Shown here: one piece after another, positions 13,090 through 25,371 of the stretch
Numbering within the stretch: the first letter of the stretch is position 1
Layout: every line of letters begins with the position of its first letter
Origin: Nemertoderma westbladi
Taxonomy: Eukaryota > Animalia > Xenacoelomorpha
NCBI GenBank assembly: GCA_032718475.1
Contig: JAUCBJ010002670.1
Location: 1-59,505 of the forward strand
Length of the DNA: 59,505 nucleotides
Direction: 5' to 3'
Position numbers and translations under genes: made by a program
The notes under the pieces: generated by a model
The model's database searches: none
Told to the model about the DNA's origin: nothing
Seen by the model: only the letters and a program-made list of their open reading frames with translations

Positions 13090-14576
13090 CTTAAATAAAA
13101 TAAATGAAAGAAATAAACCCCAATGAAACCTAATCCGTCAAAACTAATGCAATGAGTAAAACTAATTTAATTTGCGTCGGCTTAGCTGGTGCACGCTAAG
13201 CGTCTATTAAACCCAACCTTACCTAGATACTGCGCTAATTAACCGCAAATACCTAAGTATTCCAGTCCAAATCTAAATAATATTAATGGTGCGTTTTATT
13301 GCGATCTAATTTAAATAATTACGCCTAATACCGCTACCTCCTTTTACTAAATTTGGCTAAAAATAAATTCGGTCGGTCGGACTCTGTTTATCCAAATTGA
13401 TTTATTTATTTTGAGTATCTAAAATGGTTTATTCACCTAATTTGTCTTTGGACTGATATACGTAGGAGGGTGTTTGAGCCCGTTAATCCCTAAAATACGC
13501 CCATTATTTCCCTTTATTAAGTAGAAACCCCGTAGTCTGTCATCTGTCAGTTGGCCCTCCCGCGCACACTACTCCATTGTGTGGGCCGTCATACTAGCTG
13601 TAGGCTAGTGGGTACTGCAGAAAGCAGCAATCAATAACGCAGTCAAGTTTAGCAAAGCTGATTACATAATATTAGCCAAAGTCAGACTTTCACGGTAACA
13701 ATTATTGCATAATTTTATCGAAAGGACAAAACAGTGAAATTCAACAACAAATAACATGACACAAGCTTAAAAAATCTAGGCACCTAAGCAGCAGACTACG
13801 GAGAATAATAAACAATAGCAGAAGTATGTACTGTATATCAACACACAAGAAGCAAGATGAATGAGTCACCATTGGCTAAAAGAAATCCTACTTGCATTAG
13901 ACCAACCCAAAGTAGTTAAACCAATGAGTGAGCCGGATTATGGTTCTTGAGCTCCTGCGATAACTTAATTATTACCATATATGGTAATGAATCTGTCTTG
14001 ATAGACCTACAATGGTTTCTATGGGTCCATTGCCGTAATACTAACTATTTTGAAAGGAAATACTGTGGCTGTACATTTTACTATCAAATTCGGCCGCAAT
14101 GGCATTCCTATTTAATATTAATATTCACTGCAAATACACTGTGCGTCGGTTATAAAGGTTTGTACTGCGCTCATTTAAATATACTGAACCCAAATCATTC
14201 CCTTATTACTAATATGACCAAACCACAGTTAATACTAATTAATTCCACCATTTCTTATGATAAATATTAAGATTTTATGTGAATAATACGTATATATTAA
14301 AATTTCCTTCCAAATACTCCAATATCATTTTTATATGAAAACGTAAAAAATTCAGGGCTGTTTCTTACTTGCTAAATAATGGGCAATTATACCTACTAAA
14401 TGCGTACATACAATTGCCTAGGCATTTTAACACATGCCTTACGTCACTATCATGTTTTATTAGACGTACCTCAGCCGAATACTTTGATTCCCCTATTTCA
14501 TGTCACACTCACATAGTAGCATGTAGCTCCACTATATACTCCACGAGGATCAGATTGAGTCTTATGGCCTTTACAT

Positions 14577-15700
14577 TAGGGTGGGCCGATTTTCAGTTTT
14601 TGTCGAATTTTTATTTGTCTACCAACAAAAAAGTTGCCTTTCCATCCGAAATCAACATAATAATTATTTTTAGTGTGAAAAAAATGAAAATTACCCCCTG
14701 CACCAAAGGCTTGAAAATTTACAATTAGCCAAAAATATATAATTTTTTACAGTAATTGTAATAATGCCATTTACTGCATAGATGTTTTGTCTTCCTGATA
14801 AACCTATTCTACCATAATGAAAATGATGTTAACAATCTGGTATTTATTTCAATAATATAAATTACCCCCTGCACTAATTCACTGCAAGGCAATTATCACT
14901 ATATTATTACTTTAATTTTACAACATATTTAATGCTCTAATTGTAGTATAATTAACACACAAACAACAGCAAAAATTCAAAAAACGGAAATTACAAGTAA
15001 CAGATCATAAACTAAGAAATGATTAACAACGATTACGAATACTATTTCATTTTTATTTTAAGTGCAAAATGTTTTTTAGAGCCAAATTGAGGCATTTCCT
15101 CCCTGCTACATAATTCAGAACTAATATATCCATGTTGGCGCTTGAGTCCACATACTTTCTTGGAAGCCTTTGACACACTATTAACTATCCTTTCCACCCC
15201 TTGCGAATGACATGGATACTCCCAAGTTAACGGTCCGCATTCTATCATCTCATTCAATTGATATATTGGAATATTTTAAACAAGAGGTGGTTGAAACATC
15301 TCAGCATTATATTTCAATAATTCGTTCAAATTTGATTCATGGCATGTAATTTTTTTTGGCTTCAGAATAATCTGCATATCGGCATTGGCTTGGCTGTGAG
15401 TTTTTTTAACCGGATATCTCGAATAATTTGAAAGGCCTCCTGTCTAACAGCAATATATTCATCAGACAACATTCCCAACAACACATTTTCACAATGAGCG
15501 TAATAAGCACCATTTTGAAGATAGAGTTTCAATATACAACATCTTATATATCTTACATATTTTCAAAAGTTCACAAAATAGTAGAGCCCCATTATGTAGC
15601 TGCCATTTACATCTGATCATGAACCAGAACGCTGTGTATATATGAACTATAAAATGTGTCAGTCTTTGTATTTTTTTTTTATTTTTTTTATTATTAATAT
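14577..15700 (-). mobile_element. hATm-like transposon 3' portion
   Basis: Terminus tagggtgggccga at 14577. Minus strand gives FIVHIYTAFWFMIRCK and YPCHSQGVERIVNSVSKASKKVCG. Confidence 0.75.
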
Positions 15701-15742
15701 TAATCAACGATCGGGCTACTTAAAGCCCCTGTTGTACATATT

Positions 15743-16017
15743 TACTACTAGGATCGGCATGCTGCATTGCAGCTGCATTTTTAAGAATGCTGTGCCGGCT
15801 TGTCAACAAAATTGCACCGCCACAACTCCCTATCACCCATGACATTTGCTAGATCATCCGCATCTTTAAGGCCAGTGTCCTTTAAGATGCGTCTCAAGAA
15901 AGTCATGGGCTGCCCACCATGCTTATTCACTCCATGAGGCTGCCAAAGTACAAGATTATGCACTGGCTGGTCCTCACGGCGAAAGCAATGTCCTGCAAAG
16001 CGGAGGCGATTTTGTTC
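15743..16017 (-). mobile_element. RTE-clade LINE 3' end
   Basis: Reverse-complement homologue of about 50185-50455, with a (tag)n tail; RLRFAGHCFRREDQPVHNLVLWQP. Confidence 0.85.
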
Positions 16018-18057
16018 TATTTTGATCGTGTTTGTACATATACATACATAATATTATCAAACATTTTAAACATTATTAACTTTAAAAAATTAATAAATTA
16101 AACATTTCCAATAGACAGTATACAGTAGTTAGCTAATAGTTGCACGTAATTTAAATGCATGAAAAATATATCGCGCAATATTCAAAACTTTAGAAGGATC
16201 GTCAGTTTGCATTAATTCAATAAATTTTAAAAAATTCGGGAAAACCATATATCTCATACCCAAGTATCTGCACCGCAGGCTGTGATAAAAAGTGCAACCT
16301 AATAGAAAATGGTACCGGTACTCGTCTTCTACTAAATTACAATCGCACATATTGCAAATTCGCTGGTCCCTAGCTATACCGTACCATCGTCCCGTTTCAA
16401 TACACAGCCCGTGTGATGAGCATCTAAATTGCGCAAAAAGCCGGCGCAACGCTAAATGATTACTCAATACGTAAATGTAAGTAGAGGGTTTGAATATTTC
16501 CTTTATATAAAATCTTCCTTTTGGGGACGATGCTACTTCTGATCTCCAAAATTGCACAAACTGATCAGTGATACGTTGCTTTACATTGAATAGAAAAGTA
16601 TTAACACTATTACCTACATCCTGATTTTGCCAAGCCCAACTAAATCCAAAATCATTTAGTATTCCTGTTAATTGCACAACCCAACTTTTTGGCGTTAAAT
16701 GATTACTACTACTATCTAGCACGTTATTCAAATCATTGCACAACATTAAATAAGCCTGTTTCACCAACCTAGTATTTGGTAGATTAATAATTCTGGTCCA
16801 ATACTTAACTAATCTGAATCGACGTTCGAAAATAAGTGGTAATTGACCTGTCTCTCCATATACTGCTAAATTTGGAGTAGTTTTTTTAACACCCAGAAAA
16901 TTTTTCAGAAACCGTAAGTGTACCCTTTCGCCATCATCAGCTGTATCAAAACCCCAAATTTCAGCACCGTACATTAAAATAGGTTTCACTAAAGTGTTGA
17001 ATAAATTTATAGCAAAATCGAAATAGCATGGGGAAATCGTACAAAGTATTTTAGTAAAGAAAAATATGCTCTACTACCTCGTTCTGCATTGTTACTTTGA
17101 GCAATATAAAATTTTCCAGATACCGTGAAGATAATACCTAAATATATATACTGATTAATTTTTGGCATCACTTTGTTATTGTAGTAAAATTGCACCGCCG
17201 ATGGACGACCTTTGTGACCAAAAACAACAACATTACATTTATCTAAGTTTACTTACAAGCACCAATATTTACAATAAAATTCTAGAATTATTAGGGATTG
17301 CTGTAAAGTCTGACTCAGTCTCTGCCAATATAACGATGTCGTCAGCAAATAGCAATAAGAAAAAATTTCATCGTACCAACATCTATACCTTCAATGCCAC
17401 CTTGTCTTAATTCGTTTTCCAAATCATTAATAAAAATACTGAACAAAAAGGGTGATAAGCTCTCACCTTGTCTTACTCCTATAGATACTAAAAATGTTTC
17501 TGACAATTTACCATCTACTTTTACACATGACTTTACACTACTATACATATTCTTAATAACATTTAGCATTTTGCCACCCGCACCTAAATTGATTAATTTC
17601 AACCATAAAGCTGCACGACTAACTGAATCGAATGCCTTTTTCAGGTCAATAAAAGCACAATATAATTTTTTTCTTACGAGTTAACAAAAAGTGATCAATA
17701 AGCGCACATAAAACAAACATTTTGTCAACTGTAGAAAACCCTGCTCGAAAACCACCCTGGGCTTCAACTACAATACCATAACAATCTGCCCACCATTGTA
17801 AACGACTATTAATAACGGATGTGAATAATTTACCCAAAATTGACAACAGAGTTATTCCCCTATAATTACCGGGATCCGACTTTTCCCCTTTTTAAACAAT
17901 GGACATATAATACCAATTGTCCAATCTCGTGGAAAATTGCCCGAATCCAAAATAGCACTAAATAATAATGTTAACACCGGTACTAACTGATCCCGACCTT
18001 CAATAATGAATTCACTAATAATATTGTCTACACCTGGAGATTTACCGCGCTTTAACT

Positions 18058-18709
18058 TATTAATAGCGTTATTTACTTCTACTTCATCAAATGGCATACT
18101 CAAATCATTCTCAAAACAATTTCTACTTTAAATTATATTAACATTTCTTCCTACGTAACTACTACAATTCCTTCCAATATCCAGAACATTGATGATCAGC
18201 ATTGCTGCTGTTGTATGTTATATTATTATTATTTTGTATCAAAACGAATCCCAGAGAAAAATTTAGGGGTCCTTCAAGGGTCTTCCTGTGTTTTTTCCCA
18301 CCTTGAAAATCTGTATAGAGCCATTGGTGCATCAATCCCTTTTTCGTTCTGTCCCATTAAATAACAATTATTTATTTTCATATTAATAGCGTTATTTACT
18401 TCTACTTCATCAAATGGCATACTCAAATCATTCTCAAAACAATTTCTACTTTCAATTATATTAACATTTCTACCTACGTAACTACTACAATTCCTTCCAA
18501 TATCCTGAACATTGATGATCAGCATTGCTGCTGTTGTATGTTATATTATATTATTTTGTATCAAAACGAATCCCAGAGAAAAATGTAGGGGTCCTTCAAG
18601 GGTCTTCCTGTGTTTTTTCCCACCTTGAAAATCTGTATAGAGCCATTGGTGCATCAATCCCTTTTTCCTTCTGTCCCATTAAATAACAATTATTTATTTT
18701 CATATTAAT
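18058..18709. repeat. Tandem duplication of about 323 bp
   Basis: 18058-18380 is repeated at 18381-18702, with tattaat at all three junction points. Confidence 0.95.
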
Positions 18710-19454
18710 TTTTTCTCGCTCCAAGACTTCAGCTGCAGTGGAAATTGTTGTTCTGAAGCCAGTTTCAGAATTCATGCCGGGTTCTGCTCTCAATTCAATG
18801 ACTTTTATTTCCTCTTCCGGATCCAAGGGTACCAGTAGAAGGCACATGTGGTAGTACCGCATTATCGGAAATGTCACTTCGACAGGAATTCCACGTGGCA
18901 AGACCCATTGTATTACAGTCTTGACAATCTCAGGGATCTGCTCCGAATCCAAAGAAATTGATGCGCTCAAATTTCGAGCAAAACACAGCTTGATGATCTC
19001 CATCAACACACAGCTTGCTCAAAGTATTAAATTTGTAAAGCTGATTGATCTCCATGAAGGTGTCTGAATTCGTTGGTGTTACACAAGCTGCATCTGCGAA
19101 TTTATAACGGTACTTCAACTTGTAGTTGCTGATATTATGGGCTTTGGTGGTCACGTCTGCATTTCGAAAGACATATTCTACAGATTGTTTCAAGGTCTTC
19201 CCGACTTGGGATTTCAGATGTCCGTGGTGCTTGCCATTGTGGTCGAGAAAATATGAGAAGGGGTATTGCGTGTCCCATATATCGATCACTTCCAATCTGA
19301 CTACGAAGAAATTATTCAAGAGTATTTTCATTGAGGCGCACATACAATTCAAGTTGTCCCGCCCATCCTGGACAGGACGAGACGCACAACACATTCGACT
19401 CCCGTTGCCTGGATGTGGATTGTTCGCATCTAGGCAATCCTGATGCTGATGCAC
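18596..19454 (-). pseudogene. Unidentified frameshifted ORF (about 285 codons) inserted in the RTE-X element
   Basis: Overlapping ORFs 18930-19454 and 18596-19009 read as normal-complexity protein unrelated to RT. Confidence 0.45.
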
Positions 19455-20169
19455 TTCTTTTCATATTCACTTGGGCGTAAGCTAAGATCAAATCTTTGAC
19501 GTTGACAATCTGGAGTATTTACAATTATATTGATTACAAGAACATCTGTACTAAATCGCTAAGCAGTAAAAGTACTGGTAGGCACATTCGACTATTATGT
19601 TTGCATTAAAGCATAAAGTATTGACTACATTTGAATTGTTTGAACTAAGTCGCTCGAAATATTGTTTAAACTGGTTAATAGATGGTTCATTTACCCCTCT
19701 CGGAATAGCAACCCGGCAAATAGATTTCAATTTTTTCCAGAACTTTTTCGGGTCTGACACAAGTGCCAGGTTCAGGCGCTGCGCTTCATATTCGAATATG
19801 AATCTCGAATATTCAAATCGGGTTTTACACAGGGTTGCTTTATATTGAGCACGCCTCCTTTGAAGTAAGGAATACGCTTCAGGTGTCCATAACTTTTCCA
19901 ATTAGACAACGCACTATTAAAAGCCAACTTTGCATCCCTACATTCTAAATTAAACCAAATTGCACCATTACAAAAGGAATTAACATTACCTTGATCGTTA
20001 TCAGTTCTATGTAATGATAAAATTTCTGCCTGACGATCGAATATATCCTAAAGGTTCCCCACCGCAGCGTCTAAATTTTGCAGTGGAAAATTAACATCGG
20101 AGATAATTAGGTCACCAATATTCTGCAGCTCGTTTATCATATTTGCATCTTTCATATTCGTATTGTAAT

Positions 20170-20436
20170 ACTTTGTACTTTGTAATAATTTGTAATACAA
20201 ACGAAGGTTCAGAGGTTGAAATATATAACCTCAATATCCGCGCAGCTGTAGTAAGCCACATGGAATGCGAAATGGGTCCCGTCATTTTATTACCCAGAGT
20301 TGGAGGACATTGACCTGATATAACAGATTCACAGATCTGGTATAAATACTTCTTTTACATTTATAGGAAGGGATCTATGGGTCTTAACCTCGAATGATAA
20401 GTTTATTATACCGAAAATAACTTATCTTTTATTGGC
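20170..20436 (-). pseudogene. hATm-like transposase fragment
   Basis: KYLYQICESVISGQCPPTLGNKMTGPISHSMWLTTAARILRLYIST is homologous to the end of ORF 596-871. Confidence 0.75.
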
Positions 20437-20542
20437 GCAATTGTAGGACTAATCACATCACATGCGTACTTTTTAACAGGGTATTGTACAAATTTAGGAA
20501 TCGCGTAATATTGATTGAAATTAATATCTCATATCTCTCCAA

Positions 20543-20585
20543 ATCACATACGCGTTTCGACCTTACTGGGTCTCTTCAGCGTGGT
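20543..20585 (-). ncRNA. Minimal type I hammerhead ribozyme (copy 1)
   Basis: Minus strand reads accacg CTGAAGA gacc-cagtaa-ggtc GAAAC GC GTA tgtgat: full core, stem II, palindromic mini stem III and stem I. Confidence 0.8.
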
Positions 20586-20646
20586 GTCAGATTCGAACCT
20601 GGAACCTCGAGGTGGAAGCCGAGACAACAACAACTAGGCCACAGGT
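20586..20646 (-). other. tRNA-derived Pol III head (SINE-like), copy 1
   Basis: A-box-like tggcctagttg, anticodon-like loop cttccac, B-box ggttcgaatc; no acceptor stem. Confidence 0.65.
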
Positions 20647-20909
20647 TCTTGAGATATGGAGTATTAATTTCAAAGCCAGCTGCCATTTATTAGCCACCGA
20701 TTTTTATTATGCATAGTAACAATGTACCAAAGTTATCCCCCGCCTATAATTATATTTTGAATAGTGAAAGAGATACGAATTAAAGAGATTATATTAAACA
20801 TATATTTTACATGAATGTGAACATGAACCTCAACATATAGACCAGTAGTAGACATTCACTACAACCTAAAAATCAGTTGTTACAAATCAGTATGATTATT
20901 ATTATTTTA

Positions 20910-23110
20910 GTTATTAAAGTTAAAGCCACGGAACACATATGAACGCAATGGGTGACAGTCATCAGAATTTTCACTTTCACTATCTATGTGAAACTCATCT
21001 CTCCCACCCTTGTGTAAACCACAATCTCTGGTATCCATTTCACAACCCTCCTCACTATCACTCCTACTGTATCGCTGAGCACTTCGAATACCGACAAAAA
21101 TGCCATCAGAGTTAGATGGGGATAGTGATAAGATATCAGGAATTATCTCCAGAATATACTAACTGTAACATTTTGTCTTGGCTGTACAGTTATGGTTTGG
21201 GCGTGTTTCCTACATGGTTGCCACATAGAGCTGCTCTACATGATATGTTCTTGATGAGGATTTCGCTATCAACAACGTTGAAAAGTAATTCGTGGGCCTT
21301 ACCAATGCCTACAATCTTATCTGGTGCAGGCTTGAGTAGGTTAGCAGAGTTGTCGACATCCTCCGTGGTGTAGGTATAAATAGTTGTGCGACTACGAGAT
21401 CACAACATATCTACAATTTCATTACTACCAGGTGTTGGTGAATCTACCCTCATGCCAATGACCTTGCGGAGAGTGCGCTTTATTAAACCACCAATGCCAT
21501 CCATGCAAGACTTCCCATGACCCCCCTCCAAGTAAATCCAACGAATACCAACACCATTGATGAAACTAAATGATTGCAAGAGGGAAACGATGAATCTGTT
21601 CCTGTATTGCGATGTGGGAGAATCTGAGATAAAGATAAAGTTCTTTGTCCAATTACATACTTCTTGGATTAAGAATGGGTAGAGGCTTGCATAGACACCA
21701 GCAGCCTTGTGATTGGGATCTGGAGACATAGAAGCGTATGATATATTGCAGGTGCATCTATAGGGCCCTTCCAAACCACAAAAGAGTGAATGGAAATCAA
21801 CTCCTGCGTATAATACGTGCTGTGAATTTCAGCGGGTCGAGGGATTTTAAAGTTTTCACTCCAGTCGATATGTAACAACACAGAGTCAGTGGTTCTGGAT
21901 GCCTTCACCTCCTTGATTGCACTAAACTGTGCTTTTATTCATTTAATATGACCCTGTAGAAGAGTGAGTTCGTTGAGGACAATATCCATAAAAGACACCA
22001 AGTTCATCTTTCACTCAACTTTCCTCCAAACATTTTCCTGTACCCAAGATAGGACAACGATTGGTTCCTTATTTGGTCCTATGCCCTTTGTCCACTCGGT
22101 ATCTTTACGGAAACATAGTTCTCCAGCACTCGACCCAACAGGTGATAACTTTTTATTAACCAGTAAGTGCCTCAATCATCAGCTGGGAGTTCTCACATCT
22201 GGGGCACAGACATGTACCCCATCAGAGGCATTGGGTTGAATAACATACAATGATGGCCAAACACAACAGAAAAAACTGTAAGAGCAATCTACAGAATATT
22301 CACTAAGAAACTGTGCATGTAGCAATTGCAAGTAATCTCTACGATATCACAGAGAAAAATCAGCTTTAGAACCACCTAACCTAGCAACTGTGACCTTCTT
22401 GCGAATGTCCAGGCATGGCTTTGATATATCGTCACGGCATGCAAATGCCTCAACCTTGTTCCTAAGTGGCATATTTGAATCACCATCCCTAGATTTTACA
22501 GACGCTGATCGAATATAGGCTGTTGTCAATCTTAGTCCACATCCTGATCGCCTCAGTGACTTCCGGATGGGGCTGCCGGTATAAGATGAGGTTAAAATCT
22601 TTCGCTTTGTTCTTGGGGTTAACATGCCCAGCTCTCTTAATTTATTCTTCTCTGGTGTTGGAGATAAATGACTGTGACAATTTTTAAACTTCAATTTCAA
22701 ACGCAAATACCTCTTCTGCATGGTACTGTTGCCACGCTCTAACCTTTAATCTTTAGTTCCAGTTGGCAAATCTCCTTCACTCGCTGCATACAATTATTCC
22801 TCCTTCGCAACCTCCCGGTAATAGTATTAATATGAGGTTCCTCTCCTTAATTCTTTTTATTTTGACTGTTGTGTGCCCGGGCGCGGCACCGTCTTTCCTT
22901 TTCTCAGCTCTTTTCTTTGTCTGATCTCTTGTTAACACAGCTTGTAAATATTTCTCCCTCTTAAGTCGTTTACATTCTGCTTCATTACCCCTCCAAGTTT
23001 TCCTAACATTTTCATAGTTCTCACTTTGTTTTTGCTTCTTTTTAAACCGCTTTAACTCTCTCACGATTGAGCCGCAGCAGCTTATTGTAGGACAATTGCA
23101 GGATGCAGGA
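20910..23110 (-). pseudogene. Sola2-like DDE transposase pseudogene
   Basis: HIDWSENF..P.EIHSTYY, ISDSPTSQYRN, EGGHGKSCMDGIGGLIKR; homologous to 37264-39402. Confidence 0.75.
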
Positions 23111-23191
23111 AGCAATTGTAGGACTAATCCCATTGTACAAATTTAGGAATCGCGTAATTTTTATTGAAATTAATATCTCATATCTCTCCAA

Positions 23192-23239
23192 ATCACATAC
23201 GCGTTTCGACCTTACTGGGTTGGGTCTCTTCAGCGTGGT
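23192..23239 (-). ncRNA. Minimal type I hammerhead ribozyme (copy 2)
   Basis: Minus strand reads accacg CTGAAGA gacc-caacccagtaa-ggtc GAAAC GC GTA tgtgat. Confidence 0.8.
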
Positions 23240-23300
23240 GTCAGATTCGAACCTGGAACCTCGAGGTGGAAGCCGAGACAACAACCACTAGGCCACAGGT
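23240..23300 (-). other. tRNA-derived Pol III head (SINE-like), copy 2
   Basis: Consensus A-box tggcctagtgg, loop ct-tcc-ac, B-box ggttcgaatc. Confidence 0.7.
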
Positions 23301-24135
23301 TCTTGAGATATGGAGTATTAATTTCAAAGCCAGCTGCCATTTTATTAGCTACTGATTTTTATTATTCATAGTAACAATGTACCAAAGTTATCCCCTGCCT
23401 ATAATTATATTTTGAATAGTGAAAGAGATACGAATTAAAGAGATTATATTAAACATATATTTTAGATGAATGTGAACATGAACCTCAACATATAGACCAG
23501 TAACAGACATTCACTACAACCTAAAAATCAGTTTTTACAAATCAGTATGATTATTATTATTTTAGTTATTAACGTTAAAGCCACGGAACACATATGAACG
23601 CAATGGGTGACAGTCATCAGAATTTTCACTTTCACCATCTATGTGAAACTCATCTCTCCCACCCTTGTGTAAACCACAATCTCTGGTATCCACTTCACAA
23701 CCCTCCTCACTAATCACTCCTACTGTATCGCTGAGCACTTCGAATACCGACAAAAATGCCATCAGAGTTAGATGGGGATAGTGATAAGATATCAGGAATT
23801 ATCTCCAGAATATACTAACTGTAACATTTTGTCTTGGCTGTACAGTTATGGTTTGGCCGTGTTTCCTACATGGTTGCCACATAGAGCTGCTCTACATGAT
23901 ATGTTCTTGATGAGGATTTCGCTATCAACAACGTTGAAAAGTAATTCGTGGGCCTTACCAATGCCTACAATCTTATCTGGTGCAGGCTTGAGTAGGTTAG
24001 CAGAGTTGTCGACATCCTCCATTGTGTAGGTATAAATAGTTGTGCGACTACAAGATCACAACATATCTACAATTTCATTACTACCAGGTGTTGGTATTAA
24101 TGTACAGAATATTAAATTTAGAAGCACTGCTATCA

Positions 24136-24271
24136 GTACTGATGTAAGTATGTTGCGAGCGGTAGTATCAATAATACCGTTAATAACACATATATTTTTC
24201 CCCGGGGAATAATATATGTGATATTACCGGTATTATTGATAGTACCACTCGCAACATACAGACATCTGTAC
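24136..24271. repeat. 136-bp imperfect palindrome (foldback/MITE-like)
   Basis: 68-bp arms symmetric about ccccgggg (24200-24207). Confidence 0.85.
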
Positions 24272-24320
24272 CGTTTCCAATTAGAATAATGCAATCAATG
24301 GTGCTTGCTATAATTAATAA

Positions 24321-24740
24321 GGTAACAGTTCCGTATAGCACTACATTTTTATAACATAATTCATTGTTACCATGTCATCATTGTTGAGTTCTAGAACAGA
24401 ATATTAATATAATATACACTATTCTAGAACATAAATAATGTTCTAGAACATATGGCCAGTTATTTCTCAAATTTAAAATTGCTAGTTAATTAAAAAAATA
24501 TTCAAAAAATTTTGAGGTGCAACATGCACAAAGGTCAAATAAAGTCAATTAACAGACAGGTACGGAGTAAATTATACGACATCATAGCATTTTGTGAGGA
24601 GAGCATTAAACCACGAAGATAAGTTTACCGAAAAACTGACAGAATACAAGTGGAGGCAACTGATAAGAAAATGAAAATTAAACGGATTCCATGAGATATT
24701 ATAGGCCAACTAAAGCCAATACCCAATGGATAAATAAACT
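24321..24740 (+). mobile_element. Possible deleted Merlin derivative
   Basis: ggtaacagt start, gttctagaac motifs and a decayed C-terminus (LTEYKWRQL...QYP). Right TIR not found. Confidence 0.45.
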
Positions 24741-25021
24741 AAATAGTTACATTAGTTACATTTAGTTACAAAAACTCTATAATCAATATTAATTTAAATT
24801 TAGGCCTATTCTGAAATTTATTTAAAGATAGTCTTTTATTTTATTTTTAATAATAACGGAGAAACCACCCAGAGAAACCCAACTGTTAGAAATAGACCAG
24901 GCAGCCCAATAGGGTTGGCAACTCAAAAAAAATTTCGTATAAATGTAAAAAGTCATGTAAAAAGGTGTGCTGTGCTGATCACGAATCTGAAAACTGTTTT
25001 TAATTTCTTTAACTTTTAATG

Positions 25022-25371
25022 ACTTTAACTTTAACTTTAACTTTAACTTTAACTTTAACTTTAACTTTAACTTTAACTTTAACTTTAACTTTAACTTTAA
25101 CTTTAACTTTAACTTTAACTTTAACTTTAACTTTAACTTTAACTTTAACTTTAACTTTAACTTTAACTTTAACTTTAACTTTAACTTTAACTTTAACTTT
25201 AACTTTAACTTTAACTTTAACTTTAACTTTAACTTTAACTTTAACTTTAACTTTAACTTTAACTTTAACTTTAACTTTAACTTTAACTTTAACTTTAACT
25301 TTAACTTTAACTTTAACTTTAACTTTAACTTTAACTTTAACTTTAACTTTAACTTTAACTTTAACTTTAAC
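25022..25371. repeat. Perfect (ACTTTA)n microsatellite, about 58 units
   Basis: Directly visible; source of the spurious KL, VK and TL ORFs. Confidence 0.98.

Larger units (their letters stand above)
16018..20165 (-). mobile_element. Frameshifted RTE-X-like LINE ORF2, interrupted at about 18190-19585
   Basis: WFNLEC, KSPGVDNI, QGGFRAGFST, GVRQGESLSPFLF, ILMYGAEIWG, FRCSSHGLCIETGRW..C..C..EDEY..HFLLGC. Confidence 0.85.
23112..24095. repeat. Near-identical direct duplication of 20437-21439
   Basis: Colinear from gcaattgtaggactaatc to attactaccaggtgttggt. Confidence 0.95.

Noticed and set aside
15660-20436. Treating the two minus-strand hATm pieces as one split element
   Set aside because: They overlap by several codons with different sequence, so they are separate copies.
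23240-23300. Functional tRNA-Gly gene
   Set aside because: No acceptor stem, imperfect arms, and it runs straight into a ribozyme.
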